A DNA stretch of 32,000 nt from Acholeplasma laidlawii PG-8A (GCF_000018785.1 NC_010163.1:510001-542000), one strand, 5' to 3'; positions 8,942 through 18,116 are shown, counted from the first letter of the stretch. Translations and numbers: made by a program. The notes: a model not told the origin generated them from the letters alone.

Positions 8942-10123
8942 ATGAAAATTTTATCGGTTAACGCTGGAAGTTCCAGTTTAAAGTTCCAATTATTACAAAT
9001 GCCAGAAGAATTTGAAATCGCATCTGGTTTAGTTGAAAGAATTGGTAATAAAAATGCAGAATTTAAAATTAAATTTAACGGCTCATCTAAAACTCAAAGT
9101 GATTTAGTCGTTTTAGATCACTCAGTAGCTGTTGATTTAGTTATCAAAGGTTTACTAGAAAATAAGGTGATTGCTTCTTTAGATGAAATTCAAGGCGTTG
9201 GACACCGTGTTGTTCAAGGTGGACAATTATTTAAAGAATCTGTAGTCATTGATGATGATGTGGTTATCAAAATTGCATCTTTAAATGACTTGGCACCACT
9301 TCATAATCCAGCAAACATTATTGGTATTAATGCTTTTAGAAAAGCGATATCAAATGTAATTCATGTTGCAGTGTTTGATACAACATTCCATCAAACTATG
9401 CCAGAAGAAAACTTCTTATATGGTACACCATATGAGTGGTATACAAAACATGGTGTTAGAAAATATGGTTTCCACGGTACATCACACCAATATGTATCTG
9501 AACTTGCACATGCACGTTTAGGCAAAGATCATTCAAGAATAATTGTTGCTCATATCGGTAATGGTGCATCTATTACAGCTGTAAGAGATGGTAAGAGTAT
9601 TGATACATCTATGGGCTTAACACCACTTGAAGGCTTCCCAACGGGAACACGTAGTGGTAATGTAGACCCAGCAATCTTCCAATTAATGCAACAAAAAGAA
9701 GGTTATTCATTAGAAAAAACTTTAAACGAGTTAAATAAAAATAGTGGATATCTAGGTATTTCAGGGGTTTCACATGACTCTAGAGATATTATTGCTGCAG
9801 CAGAAGGCGGCAACAAACGTGCTCAGTTAGCACTTGATATTCAAGCTAAACGTATTGTTGATTACATTGCATCCTACTATGTTTTACTAGGTGGTTTAGA
9901 TGCTTTAGTATTTACTGCAGGTATTGGAGAAAATGCAAAGGAAGTTAGAAAACTTATTTGTGACAGACTTGGTGTATTAGGCATCAAACTTGATGATAAT
10001 AAGAATAATTCAAGAGGCGATAAAGAAATTTCTAGTGATGCTTCAAATGTTAAAATTTGGGTTATTCCTACAAATGAAGAAGTCATGATCGCTCGTGATG
10101 TATTAAGATTACAAAACAAATAG
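8942..10123 (+). CDS. ackA: Acetate kinase
   Basis: MKILSVNAGSSSLKFQL, VFDTTFHQTMPE, YGFHGTSHQYV, HIGNGASI, FTAGIGENA; SD AGGAAGG. Confidence 0.98.
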   Translation: MKILSVNAGSSSLKFQLLQMPEEFEIASGLVERIGNKNAEFKIKFNGSSKTQSDLVVLDHSVAVDLVIKGLLENKVIASLDEIQGVGHRVVQGGQLFKESVVIDDDVVIKIASLNDLAPLHNPANIIGINAFRKAISNVIHVAVFDTTFHQTMPEENFLYGTPYEWYTKHGVRKYGFHGTSHQYVSELAHARLGKDHSRIIVAHIGNGASITAVRDGKSIDTSMGLTPLEGFPTGTRSGNVDPAIFQLMQQKEGYSLEKTLNELNKNSGYLGISGVSHDSRDIIAAAEGGNKRAQLALDIQAKRIVDYIASYYVLLGGLDALVFTAGIGENAKEVRKLICDRLGVLGIKLDDNKNNSRGDKEISSDASNVKIWVIPTNEEVMIARDVLRLQNK

Positions 10124-10136
10124 TATATTTAAGTCT

Positions 10137-10175
10137 AAAAGCTCTGATAATTTAGTGTTATCAGGGCTTTTATAT
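10137..10175 (+). terminator. Rho-independent terminator after ackA
   Basis: AAAAGC-T-CTGATAA ... TTATCAG-G-GCTTTT hairpin with loop TTTAGTG and T-rich tail. Confidence 0.88.
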
Positions 10176-10216
10176 TTCATTAAATAGTTTCTGTAAATGG
10201 AAAAATCTAAAGTGTA

Positions 10217-10245
10217 TTGACTAGTAAAATATAAAATGATATAAT
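10217..10245 (+). promoter_or_regulatory. Sigma-A promoter of the liv operon (TTGACT-17-TATAAT)
   Basis: TTGACT 10217-10222, 17-nt spacer, TATAAT 10240-10245. Confidence 0.88.
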
Positions 10246-10258
10246 CAAAAATGTAAGG

Positions 10259-10273
10259 TGAACATATATTCAT
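10259..10273 (+). promoter_or_regulatory. Putative TetR-family operator copy 1 (TGAACATATATTCAT)
   Basis: Just downstream of the -10, at the expected +1 region; 13-14/15 match to copies at tetR and thiolase. Confidence 0.6.
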
Positions 10274-10347
10274 ATTCTTAAACCGATTATGGACAATATA
10301 TTCGTTATCTGGTTATCAAGTTTCAAAACTATTTTTTTTCTAACAAA

Positions 10348-10362
10348 AAGTAAGCGTTTTCT
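10348..10362 (+). promoter_or_regulatory. cre-like element in the liv leader (AAGTAAGCGTTTTCT)
   Basis: 14 of 15 positions fit WTGWAARCGYTTWCW; 10-mer AAGCGTTTTC also present at the thiolase promoter. Confidence 0.45.
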
Positions 10363-10425
10363 AAAAAAACTAGAAACCATTAATCTAGAAAAAAAAGACC
10401 TAAACTAAGTCTACAGGAGGACATT

Positions 10426-11349
10426 ATGCAAATAGTAGTTGACATATTAAATTCAATTCTATTTGATGCGGCGATTTTATCGCTCGTCACAATGGGTATT
10501 GTATTAATATTTAGAACTTCAATCACAACAAACTTTGCACAAGGTACGATTGCAACATTCTCTGCTTATACAGTTACAGCAATAGTTGATCTCGTGTTTC
10601 GTGCTTACTTACCAAATATGCCAATGGCACTAATTTTAATTCTTTCTATGATCATTGGTATTATTACTGCATCTTTAATTGGTTTATTTATAGATGTTGT
10701 ATTAATCAGACATTCAAGATTTACAAACCCTATTGCAAAACAAATGATAACCATGGGTGTTATCATGCTTTTGACAGGTTTACAAACTGTTATATTCACT
10801 CAGTTAGGTATGGAAACAAGAACACCACAATTTTTCACTGATAGTTTAGGAACTCATAAAATCATTTCTTATGTTCTCACTATCGTTGTAATTGGTACAA
10901 TCTTCGTAATGCTTAAGTTCACTAAATGGGGAATTGGTGTTAGAGCAACAGCATCTAATGAAAAAGTTGCAAGTATGATGGGTGTTAATACAAAGAGAAT
11001 TACTTTAACATCTTGGGCGATTGCCAGTGCATTAGGTGCATTAGCAGCTGCACTTTATGCGCCAACAATCTTTACACTATCACCAAACATGATGGTAGGT
11101 ATGCAAGTTAATGGATTCTTAGCAGCAGTATTAGGTGGATTTACATCTTTTGGTGGTCCAATCATTGCAGCAGTTTTAATGACTTCTGCAAGAGTGATTG
11201 CAACAAAATTATTATTTGGTGTTCCAGTAGTAATCTTGGGATCACAAATTGATGTATGGGTTCCAGCATTTGTGTATCTTGTATTATTTATCGTAATTCT
11301 ATTTAAGCCTTTAGGTTTATTTGGCAAGAAAATAGTGAAGAAGGTATAG
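10426..11349 (+). CDS. livH: Branched-chain amino acid-type ABC transporter permease (LivH family)
   Basis: YTVTAIVDLVF, LFRTSITTNFAQGTIATFSAY, GALAAALYAPTIFTLSPNMMVGMQVNGFLAAVLGGFTSFGGPIIAA; strong SD AGGAGG. Confidence 0.88.
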   Translation: MQIVVDILNSILFDAAILSLVTMGIVLIFRTSITTNFAQGTIATFSAYTVTAIVDLVFRAYLPNMPMALILILSMIIGIITASLIGLFIDVVLIRHSRFTNPIAKQMITMGVIMLLTGLQTVIFTQLGMETRTPQFFTDSLGTHKIISYVLTIVVIGTIFVMLKFTKWGIGVRATASNEKVASMMGVNTKRITLTSWAIASALGALAAALYAPTIFTLSPNMMVGMQVNGFLAAVLGGFTSFGGPIIAAVLMTSARVIATKLLFGVPVVILGSQIDVWVPAFVYLVLFIVILFKPLGLFGKKIVKKV

Positions 11350-11351
11350 AT

Positions 11352-12431
11352 ATGAAAGACAAGATGATTAAATTACGCAAAAGTATGGCTTCATATATTA
11401 GCCTTTCAAATTTACCTAAAATATTATTATTTATGTTCTTAATGTTGGTAGTGCCTCTATTATTGGGTTTTCCAGCATCTACATTAACATTCTTAACTAA
11501 ATTTATGGTGTTATCTATTGTTGGTTTAGGATTTTCAATATTACTTGGCTATACAGGCTTAGCATCATTAGGCACTGCAGGATTTATCGCAATTGGTACA
11601 TATGTATTAGGTTTTATGCATAATCAAATGAACGCAAGTTTATTTGTAGTGATCATTGTAGGTATTGCCCTAGCTTTACTATTAGGTGCGATTGTTGGTG
11701 TCATTTCCTTACGTATTGAAGGAATGTATTTGGCAATTATTACACTTGGTTTATCTGAAATTATAATTGAGTTTTTAAGGAATGCAATTTCAATAACTAA
11801 CGGTAATGGTGGACTACAATTACAAGGATTTAGTATCTTTGGCATTACCCACTCAACTGTTAATCTGGAGTATATTCAAGCATTCTATATATTCATTATA
11901 GTTGTCTTAGGTATCTTCATGTTACTTTACTCAAATATCGTTACATCTCAAACAGGTCGTGCGATGCTTGCTGTTAAAAATAATACAAGTGCTGCACAAG
12001 CTATGGGTATTTCAATCTTAAAATATAGATTATTAGCGTTTATCTTATCTACAATTACAGCATTAGTTGGTGGTATCTTATATGTGTCAATTGATGCTTA
12101 CACAGAACCAAACCTTTGGACACTTGCTATCTCGTTAAATATTTTAGCTGCTATTATCTTAGGTGGATCTAAATCGATGTGGGGTGTTTTAATTGGTATG
12201 TTTATCATCTTTGGTTTAAGGGATGTTGTATTGGTTCGTGTACCTTTCTTTGCTGAAAACGGAAATGCTATATTCTTCTTTACAGGAATTATTGTCATAT
12301 TAATTATTATGTTCTACCCACAAGGTTTAATTAAATTACTTGAAAAACAGTGGTTTAAACTTAAGAACTATATAAAAAACAAGATGAATAAGAAGGGAGT
12401 TTTAGAACATGAAAATGTCAAAAAAGATTAA
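11352..12431 (+). CDS. livM: Branched-chain amino acid-type ABC transporter permease (LivM family)
   Basis: GLGFSILLGYTGLASLGTAGFIAIGTY, GMYLAIITLGLSEI, NILAAIILGGSKSMWGVLIG. Confidence 0.88.
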   Translation: MKDKMIKLRKSMASYISLSNLPKILLFMFLMLVVPLLLGFPASTLTFLTKFMVLSIVGLGFSILLGYTGLASLGTAGFIAIGTYVLGFMHNQMNASLFVVIIVGIALALLLGAIVGVISLRIEGMYLAIITLGLSEIIIEFLRNAISITNGNGGLQLQGFSIFGITHSTVNLEYIQAFYIFIIVVLGIFMLLYSNIVTSQTGRAMLAVKNNTSAAQAMGISILKYRLLAFILSTITALVGGILYVSIDAYTEPNLWTLAISLNILAAIILGGSKSMWGVLIGMFIIFGLRDVVLVRVPFFAENGNAIFFFTGIIVILIIMFYPQGLIKLLEKQWFKLKNYIKNKMNKKGVLEHENVKKD

Positions 12432-13392
12432 TCAGATAAAACTCAATTGGCTTATTCAAAGAAAAAAAGCATTAAATCTAAAAATTGATTATTACAAGTT
12501 GCAAGATAAAGTGGATAGAGTAACTAGTCTGAAACTTAAACTTGATCACATCAATAAGTCTATTGAAAAGATAGTACAACTTCAGGATAATCAAAATAGT
12601 TATTCAATCGATGAAGGTGTGATACTGGATATTCAAAATCTAACCATGAAGTTTGGTGGATTAACAGCAGTAGATGATTTAAGTTTTAAAGTGAAAAAAG
12701 GCGAGATATTTGGACTTATCGGACCAAACGGTGCTGGTAAAACTACAATATTTAACTGTATTACACAGTTTTATAAGACACCTCATGGACGTACTTTCTT
12801 TGTTAATAATGAAAATGAGTTAGTTAATTTAAGTGAGATTGCTGTGCATAACGTCATTAAAGAAGGTGTTGTAAGAACGTTCCAAAATATTGAACTTATT
12901 TGGGAACTATCTATCTTAGAAAACTTACTGATAGCTGGACATACATTATATACTTCAAATTTCTTTGATCACTTATTTAGAACCCCTAAGTATCGTAGAG
13001 AAGATAAAGTAATTCGTGCTAAAGCAATGCATATTCTTAAAGAGCTAAACTTAGAAGCTTATACACACGTATATCCTCTAGGGTTACCTTATGGTATCTT
13101 AAAATTAGTAGAACTTGCTCGTACATTAATGACAAATCCATCACTTATCATCTTGGATGAACCAGCTGCTGGTTTAAATGAACAAGAAACTGAAAAATTA
13201 GCACAAACCATCAAAAAGATTCAACAAGATTTTAAAGCAACCATATTCTTGGTTGAACACGATATGGGTTTTGTGATGAATTTATGTAATACAATTTGTG
13301 CAATATCCTTTGGTAAAATGCTTGCCATAGGTACACCTGAAGAAATTAAGAAGCATCCTAAAGTACAAGAAGCATATTTGGGTGGTGAATAA
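12409..13392 (+). CDS. livG: ABC transporter ATP-binding protein (LivG family) with a ~70 aa N-terminal basic/coiled-coil-like extension
   Basis: Walker [10 protein letters not shown], signature [15 protein letters not shown], Walker [13 protein letters not shown]; ABC domain begins near residue 75 ([12 protein letters not shown]). Confidence 0.88.
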   Translation: MKMSKKINQIKLNWLIQRKKALNLKIDYYKLQDKVDRVTSLKLKLDHINKSIEKIVQLQDNQNSYSIDEGVILDIQNLTMKFGGLTAVDDLSFKVKKGEIFGLIGPNGAGKTTIFNCITQFYKTPHGRTFFVNNENELVNLSEIAVHNVIKEGVVRTFQNIELIWELSILENLLIAGHTLYTSNFFDHLFRTPKYRREDKVIRAKAMHILKELNLEAYTHVYPLGLPYGILKLVELARTLMTNPSLIILDEPAAGLNEQETEKLAQTIKKIQQDFKATIFLVEHDMGFVMNLCNTICAISFGKMLAIGTPEEIKKHPKVQEAYLGGE

Positions 13393-13393
13393 C

Positions 13394-14098
13394 ATGAACA
13401 TTATTGAAATTAAAGATCTTGTGATCGATTACGGTATCGTAAGAGCTGTAAAAGGTGTCAACCTCAACGTAAAAAAAGGAACCATTGTTGCCCTACTTGG
13501 CTCTAATGGTGCGGGTAAAACCTCACTTATTAGATCCGTATCTGGAGCAACCAAAGTGAAATCTGGTGAAATTTTATTTAATGGCGTAGATATTAAAAAT
13601 ATTGAACCTTATAAAATTGCTGGTATGGGTGTTAAACAATCACCTGAAGGTAGAATGATTCTAAATGGTCTTACTGTTGAAGAAAATCTATTAGTTGGTG
13701 CCTACACAGTACCTAAAAAGCGTATTCCAGAGTTACTACAAAGTGTATATACTTATTTTCCTAGACTTCAAGAAAGAAGAAAGCAACAAGCATCTACCTT
13801 ATCCGGTGGAGAGCAACAAATGCTTTCAATTGGTAGAGCACTTATGGGAGAACCAGAAGTATTACTACTAGATGAACCATCTTTAGGTCTCGCACCACTC
13901 ATTGTTAAAGATATATTTGAAATTATTATTAAAATTCGTGATGCTGGTAAAACAATTCTAATTGTTGAGCAAAACGCATTACAAACACTTAAAATTGCAG
14001 ATTATGCATATATTCTTGAATTAGGTAAGATCGTAAGTGAAGGTAAAGGTCAAGACCTAGTGAAAGATGAATCGCTAATCAATGCATATTTAGGTTAA
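13394..14098 (+). CDS. livF: ABC transporter ATP-binding protein (LivF family)
   Basis: Walker A GSNGAGKTS, signature LSGGEQQMLSIGRAL, Walker B VLLLDEPSLGLAP. Track start 13382 is an upstream GTG; ATG 13394 follows GGTGG. Confidence 0.88.
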   Translation: MNIIEIKDLVIDYGIVRAVKGVNLNVKKGTIVALLGSNGAGKTSLIRSVSGATKVKSGEILFNGVDIKNIEPYKIAGMGVKQSPEGRMILNGLTVEENLLVGAYTVPKKRIPELLQSVYTYFPRLQERRKQQASTLSGGEQQMLSIGRALMGEPEVLLLDEPSLGLAPLIVKDIFEIIIKIRDAGKTILIVEQNALQTLKIADYAYILELGKIVSEGKGQDLVKDESLINAYLG

Positions 14099-14153
14099 GC
14101 ATTAAATAAGGGTATTTAAAAAGCCGTTGGCTATAAAAAAAAGGAGAAGTAAG

Positions 14154-15905
14154 ATGAAAAAAATATTAGGTTTATTTTTACTAGTTCTTTCAGCTTTAGT
14201 ACTTGTAGCATGTACTGAAACAAAAGTTGAAATCGCTAGATTATCAGTTACGCCACCTACTAAAGTAGAATACGAAGTTGGTGAAGCGTTTGATGCAACT
14301 GGTATGGTTGTAAAAGCAATCTATACTGATGGAACTGACAAAACTTTAACAAGTTCAGAATACGAACTTTCTGGTTTTAGTTCAGCAACTCCAGGATTGG
14401 TAACTGTTACAGTAACTTACAATGAAGTTACTGAAAAGTTTGGTGTGGCAATCTTTGATAAAGATGCACCTGAAACAGCTTTAGCTATTCGTGTTTTAAG
14501 CACACCTGATCAACAATTTTATACAGTATCTGAAGAATTCGATCCAACAGGTCTTGAGGTAGAAGTTACATACTCAACAGGTAGAAAAGAAATTCTAGAT
14601 GCAAGTGAATATCAATTACTAGGATTTAAGAAAGGTATCATCGGCAAATACGATGTAGTTGTTAAATTTGGGGATCTAGAAACAACATTCTTTACTCAAG
14701 TTAGAGCAACTAATGTCCAAGGTGTGACTGATACAACTATTAAAGTAGGTAACACTGCTGCTATTACTGGTACTTATTCATTTATCGGTATTCCATTTGT
14801 TGCTGGTATGAAAGCCGCTTTTGAAGTAGTTAATGAAGCTGGTGGTATTGATGGAAGATTAATCGAATACGTAAACAGAGATGATGGTTTTGATGCAAAC
14901 GTTGGTATTACTAATACAGGTAAATTAATCAATGAAGATAAAGTATTTGCATTAGTTGGTCACTTTGGAACAGGTACTGTTGCTGCAACTATCCCTACAA
15001 TTAGAGAAGTTGGTATTCCAATGGTTTATGCAGCTACAGGTGTAAATAATTTATACTTTGAAGTAAGTCCTTTAAATCCAGTTATGCCAGTTCAACCAAT
15101 CTACTTAACAGATGGTAGAATTATGACAGCTAGAGCATTAAAAGAAGCAGTTTATGGTCCAAATAAAGACCAAAAATTAGGTGCTAATGATAAAGTTGGT
15201 GTTCTATACTCTGCAGCTTTAGATGGTACTTCAATTAAAGAAGGTGTTGAAGTTGAAGCTAAGACTCATGGCGTTAATGGAAACTTCATCTACCAAGTAT
15301 TTGATCCACAAAATACTGCTCAATTAACAACTACAATTCAAAGTTTTAAAACTGCTGGTGTGAAGTCAATTATTGTTGCTGCTAACCAAGCAGGTTTCAA
15401 ATCTGTAATTGGTACAATGCAAGCTGAACAATTAAATGTTCCTACATTCACATCTTATGTAAATGCTGATGCAACTGCTGTTGATGCAAATACAGCTTAT
15501 ACATTTGATATTTATACAAATGCTTGGGTAGACATTCTTTCTGAAGAAGGTCAAGCGTCAGCAGGTGTATTCGTTCAAGCAATCATGGGAGCATCATTCT
15601 TAACAGAAGCTGAAAGAACTGCTTATGCAGGTAACTCATTTGCAATCGCTGGTTATATTGCTGCTATTAACTTTATTGATGGTTTAAAACGTGTTGAAGC
15701 AAATGAACAAGATTTAACTTGGGAAACATTTATTAAAGCTATGGAAGAAGGTCCACTTGATATTCCAATGGGTGGTACTGTAGACTTCTCTGGTGGTAAA
15801 CGCTGGGGTATCGCTTCTATGTCATTATTAAAATATAACTCAACTAGCAAGACTTTTGATTTAGTTGAACCAATTGAAACTTTAGAAACAATTCAAAATA
15901 AGTAA
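14154..15905 (+). CDS. livK: Liv-type extracellular substrate-binding lipoprotein with two N-terminal bacterial Ig-like (Big_3-type) domains
   Basis: Signal/lipobox MKKILGLFLLVLSALVLVAC; two VGEAFDATGMVVKAIYTDGT / VSEEFDPTGLEVEVTYSTGR repeats; then Peripla_BP_6-like IKVGNTAAITGTYSFIGIPFVAGMKAAFEVVNEAGGIDGR. ATG 14154 follows AAGGAG; the track start 14127 is upstream. Confidence 0.88.
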   Translation: MKKILGLFLLVLSALVLVACTETKVEIARLSVTPPTKVEYEVGEAFDATGMVVKAIYTDGTDKTLTSSEYELSGFSSATPGLVTVTVTYNEVTEKFGVAIFDKDAPETALAIRVLSTPDQQFYTVSEEFDPTGLEVEVTYSTGRKEILDASEYQLLGFKKGIIGKYDVVVKFGDLETTFFTQVRATNVQGVTDTTIKVGNTAAITGTYSFIGIPFVAGMKAAFEVVNEAGGIDGRLIEYVNRDDGFDANVGITNTGKLINEDKVFALVGHFGTGTVAATIPTIREVGIPMVYAATGVNNLYFEVSPLNPVMPVQPIYLTDGRIMTARALKEAVYGPNKDQKLGANDKVGVLYSAALDGTSIKEGVEVEAKTHGVNGNFIYQVFDPQNTAQLTTTIQSFKTAGVKSIIVAANQAGFKSVIGTMQAEQLNVPTFTSYVNADATAVDANTAYTFDIYTNAWVDILSEEGQASAGVFVQAIMGASFLTEAERTAYAGNSFAIAGYIAAINFIDGLKRVEANEQDLTWETFIKAMEEGPLDIPMGGTVDFSGGKRWGIASMSLLKYNSTSKTFDLVEPIETLETIQNK

Positions 15906-15927
15906 AATCTTCTAAAAAGACGATTAA

Positions 15928-15964
15928 AAAAGAGAAATTCAATATTTTGGATTTCTCTTTCTTT
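15928..15964. terminator. Terminator hairpin between convergent livK and tetR
   Basis: AAAGAGAAAT (15928-15937) pairs with ATTTCTCTTT (15950-15959), T-rich afterwards. Confidence 0.75.
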
Positions 15965-15987
15965 ATCGTAAATAAAATATTTAGTTA

Positions 15988-16605
15988 TTAGTTTGACCGA
16001 TTAGTAAACATACCATATTTTAGGAAATAAATAACTTGATCAACGATTCTATCTATTTCAGCATCTGAAATTTTATCCTTGAATAAGATTTGCATACCGA
16101 TGAAATTAGATATACCCATGAGCATAAACGCAAGGGTTTCTAGATCAATATTTGAATCCACTTCATGCGCATCGACTGCAGTTTGAAGATTCTTCATGTA
16201 AACTTTAGCAAAGTTACTGTAGTAATCTTGGAATAAGTCATGATCTACAAACATAGACTCCCAAATGATTCTGTAGCTAAGTGGATCTTGTCTAGAAAAA
16301 TTAATGAATGTTTTTAGACCAACACGTTCTTTTTCTTCCCTTGTTGGTAAATCTTTTATTGCAATTTGAATTATTTTACGAATTTGTTTAGAATAGTCAT
16401 TTAATAGATAATCATAAACGGCTCTTTTGTCGTCAAAATAAATATAGAAAGTTCCGATAGCAACCTTTGCCTCAGCAATAATTTCATTGGTAGAAGTAGC
16501 TAAAAAACCTTTCTCGGCAAAGAGTTTACGAGATACTTTTAGTATACGGTAAAAAGATTTGTAACCTGTCTGTGTTTTAGGTAATCTTATAGAATTTGAT
16601 GTCAT
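15988..16605 (-). CDS. TetR/AcrR family transcriptional regulator
   Basis: HTH region LFAEKGFLATSTNEIIAEAKVAIGTFYIYFDDKRAVYDYLL; ATG 16605 preceded by AGGAG (track start GTG 16611 is less likely). Confidence 0.92.
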   Translation of the reverse strand: MTSNSIRLPKTQTGYKSFYRILKVSRKLFAEKGFLATSTNEIIAEAKVAIGTFYIYFDDKRAVYDYLLNDYSKQIRKIIQIAIKDLPTREEKERVGLKTFINFSRQDPLSYRIIWESMFVDHDLFQDYYSNFAKVYMKNLQTAVDAHEVDSNIDLETLAFMLMGISNFIGMQILFKDKISDAEIDRIVDQVIYFLKYGMFTNRSN

Positions 16606-16666
16606 ACACACGCTCCTGTTAAGTGATTAAATTTTGTTATTAAATTGAAATGATTTCACTGAAATG

Positions 16667-16681
16667 TGAACATAGATTCAT
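16667..16681. promoter_or_regulatory. Putative TetR-family operator copy 2 (TGAACATAGATTCAT) at the tetR promoter
   Basis: 14/15 identical to the liv copy; abuts and overlaps a minus-strand TATAAT (+ strand ATTATA 16680-16685). Confidence 0.6.
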
Positions 16682-16796
16682 TATACACTATTTACATTCT
16701 ATTCATATAAAAAATAGCATTTATCATTGATTTTATATAGTAAAACGCTTCGATAATACGAAAATCAGAATTTAATCAAATAAAATGGAGAAAAAA

Positions 16797-16811
16797 TATA
16801 AAGCGTTTTCA
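16797..16811 (+). promoter_or_regulatory. cre-like element upstream of the thiolase -35 (TATAAAGCGTTTTCA)
   Basis: 13 of 15 positions fit WTGWAARCGYTTWCW; shares AAGCGTTTTC with the liv leader site. Confidence 0.4.
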
Positions 16812-16818
16812 TTTTGTA

Positions 16819-16847
16819 TTGACACAGTGATAAAAAAGTGATAAAAT
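16819..16847 (+). promoter_or_regulatory. Sigma-A promoter of the thiolase operon (TTGACA-17-TAAAAT)
   Basis: TTGACA 16819-16824, spacer 17, TAAAAT 16842-16847. Confidence 0.88.
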
Positions 16848-16852
16848 AAACA

Positions 16853-16867
16853 TGAACAAACATTCAT
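16853..16867 (+). promoter_or_regulatory. Putative TetR-family operator copy 3 (TGAACAAACATTCAT) at the thiolase promoter
   Basis: Covers the predicted +1; 13/15 identical to the liv and tetR copies; half sites ATGAA/TTCAT. Confidence 0.6.
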
Positions 16868-16904
16868 ATTTCAAATATACTATATAAAGAAAAGAGGAAA
16901 TGTT

Positions 16905-18116
16905 ATGAATAAAGTTTTTGTTGTAGCTGCTAAGAGAAGTGCCATTGGATCTTACTTAGGTACATTGTCACAAATCAGTCCAGCAGATTTTGGTTCTCAA
17001 GTTTTAAAACAAACATTGGAACTTAATGACATCAAACCAGAGTGGGTTGATGAAGTTATTATTGGTAATGTACTACCAGCAGGTCAAAAACAAGGGTTAC
17101 CAAGACAAATCTCTATCAAAGCAGGTATTTCTCCAGAAGTACCAGCGTATGGTGTAAATATGATTTGTGGTTCTGGTATGAAATCAGTTATCACAGGTGT
17201 TGCAAACATTAAAGCTGGTTTTGCAAACTTAGTTGTTGCAGGTGGTGTGGAATCTATGTCACAAGCTCCATATTTAGTACCAGGCACTGTTAGAAACGGT
17301 GTAAAAATGGGTAATTTAGAATTGGTTGACTACATGGTTACAGATGGTCTTTCAGATGCGTTTGAAGGCTATCACATGGGTATTACTGCTGAAAACATCG
17401 TAGAAAAACATAAATTTACTCGTGAAATGCAAGATGATTTTGCATATCACTCACAAGTTAAAGCAAAACAAGCTCAAGAAAAAGGCTTATTTGATAAAGA
17501 AATCGTTCCAGTAAAAATTCAATCTAGAAAAGCTGAAATTGTGTTTGATAAAGATGAATATATCAATTACACGACTACTAGAGAAAAAATTGCTCAATTA
17601 CGTCCAGCATTCAAAAAAGATGGAACAGTCACTGCAGCAAGTTCATCAGGTATTAATGATGGTGCAAGTTTTATGGTCTTAGCAAGTGAAGCATTTGTAA
17701 AAGAACATAATTTAAAACCATTAGCTGAAATTGTTGGTGTTGGTCAAGCTGGTGTTGAACCAAGCGTTATGGGTTTAGGACCTGTACCTGCAATTAAAAA
17801 TTCATTAAAACAAGCGAACCTTAAGATTAGTGATATTGATACATTTGAATTAAACGAAGCATTTGCAGCACAAGCATTAGGTGTTGTACGTGAACTTTCT
17901 GAAGATTTAGGTATTAAAGAATCAGCAATCTTAGATAAAACAAATCCAAATGGTGGTGCGATCGCGTTAGGTCACCCAGTTGGAGCATCAGGTAATAGAA
18001 TCATGGTTACACTATTACATAATATGTTAAGAAATGAAAACCATAATATTGGTTTAGCAAGTCTATGTATCGGTGGCGGTATGGGAACATCTGTCATCTT
18101 TAAAAAAGTTAAATAA
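16905..18116 (+). CDS. thlA: Acetyl-CoA C-acetyltransferase (thiolase)
   Basis: VNMICGSGMKSV active-site Cys, GGVESMSQAPY, NEAFAAQ, NPNGGAIALGHPVGASG, CIGGGMGTSVIF. Confidence 0.95.
   Translation: MNKVFVVAAKRSAIGSYLGTLSQISPADFGSQVLKQTLELNDIKPEWVDEVIIGNVLPAGQKQGLPRQISIKAGISPEVPAYGVNMICGSGMKSVITGVANIKAGFANLVVAGGVESMSQAPYLVPGTVRNGVKMGNLELVDYMVTDGLSDAFEGYHMGITAENIVEKHKFTREMQDDFAYHSQVKAKQAQEKGLFDKEIVPVKIQSRKAEIVFDKDEYINYTTTREKIAQLRPAFKKDGTVTAASSSGINDGASFMVLASEAFVKEHNLKPLAEIVGVGQAGVEPSVMGLGPVPAIKNSLKQANLKISDIDTFELNEAFAAQALGVVRELSEDLGIKESAILDKTNPNGGAIALGHPVGASGNRIMVTLLHNMLRNENHNIGLASLCIGGGMGTSVIFKKVK

Noticed and set aside
16742-16809. AAAACGCTT...AAGCGTTTT as a terminator or attenuator hairpin
   Set aside because: The 50-nt gap and lack of a U-tract make a terminator unlikely; it is better read as paired protein sites, since the second copy lies upstream of the thiolase -35.
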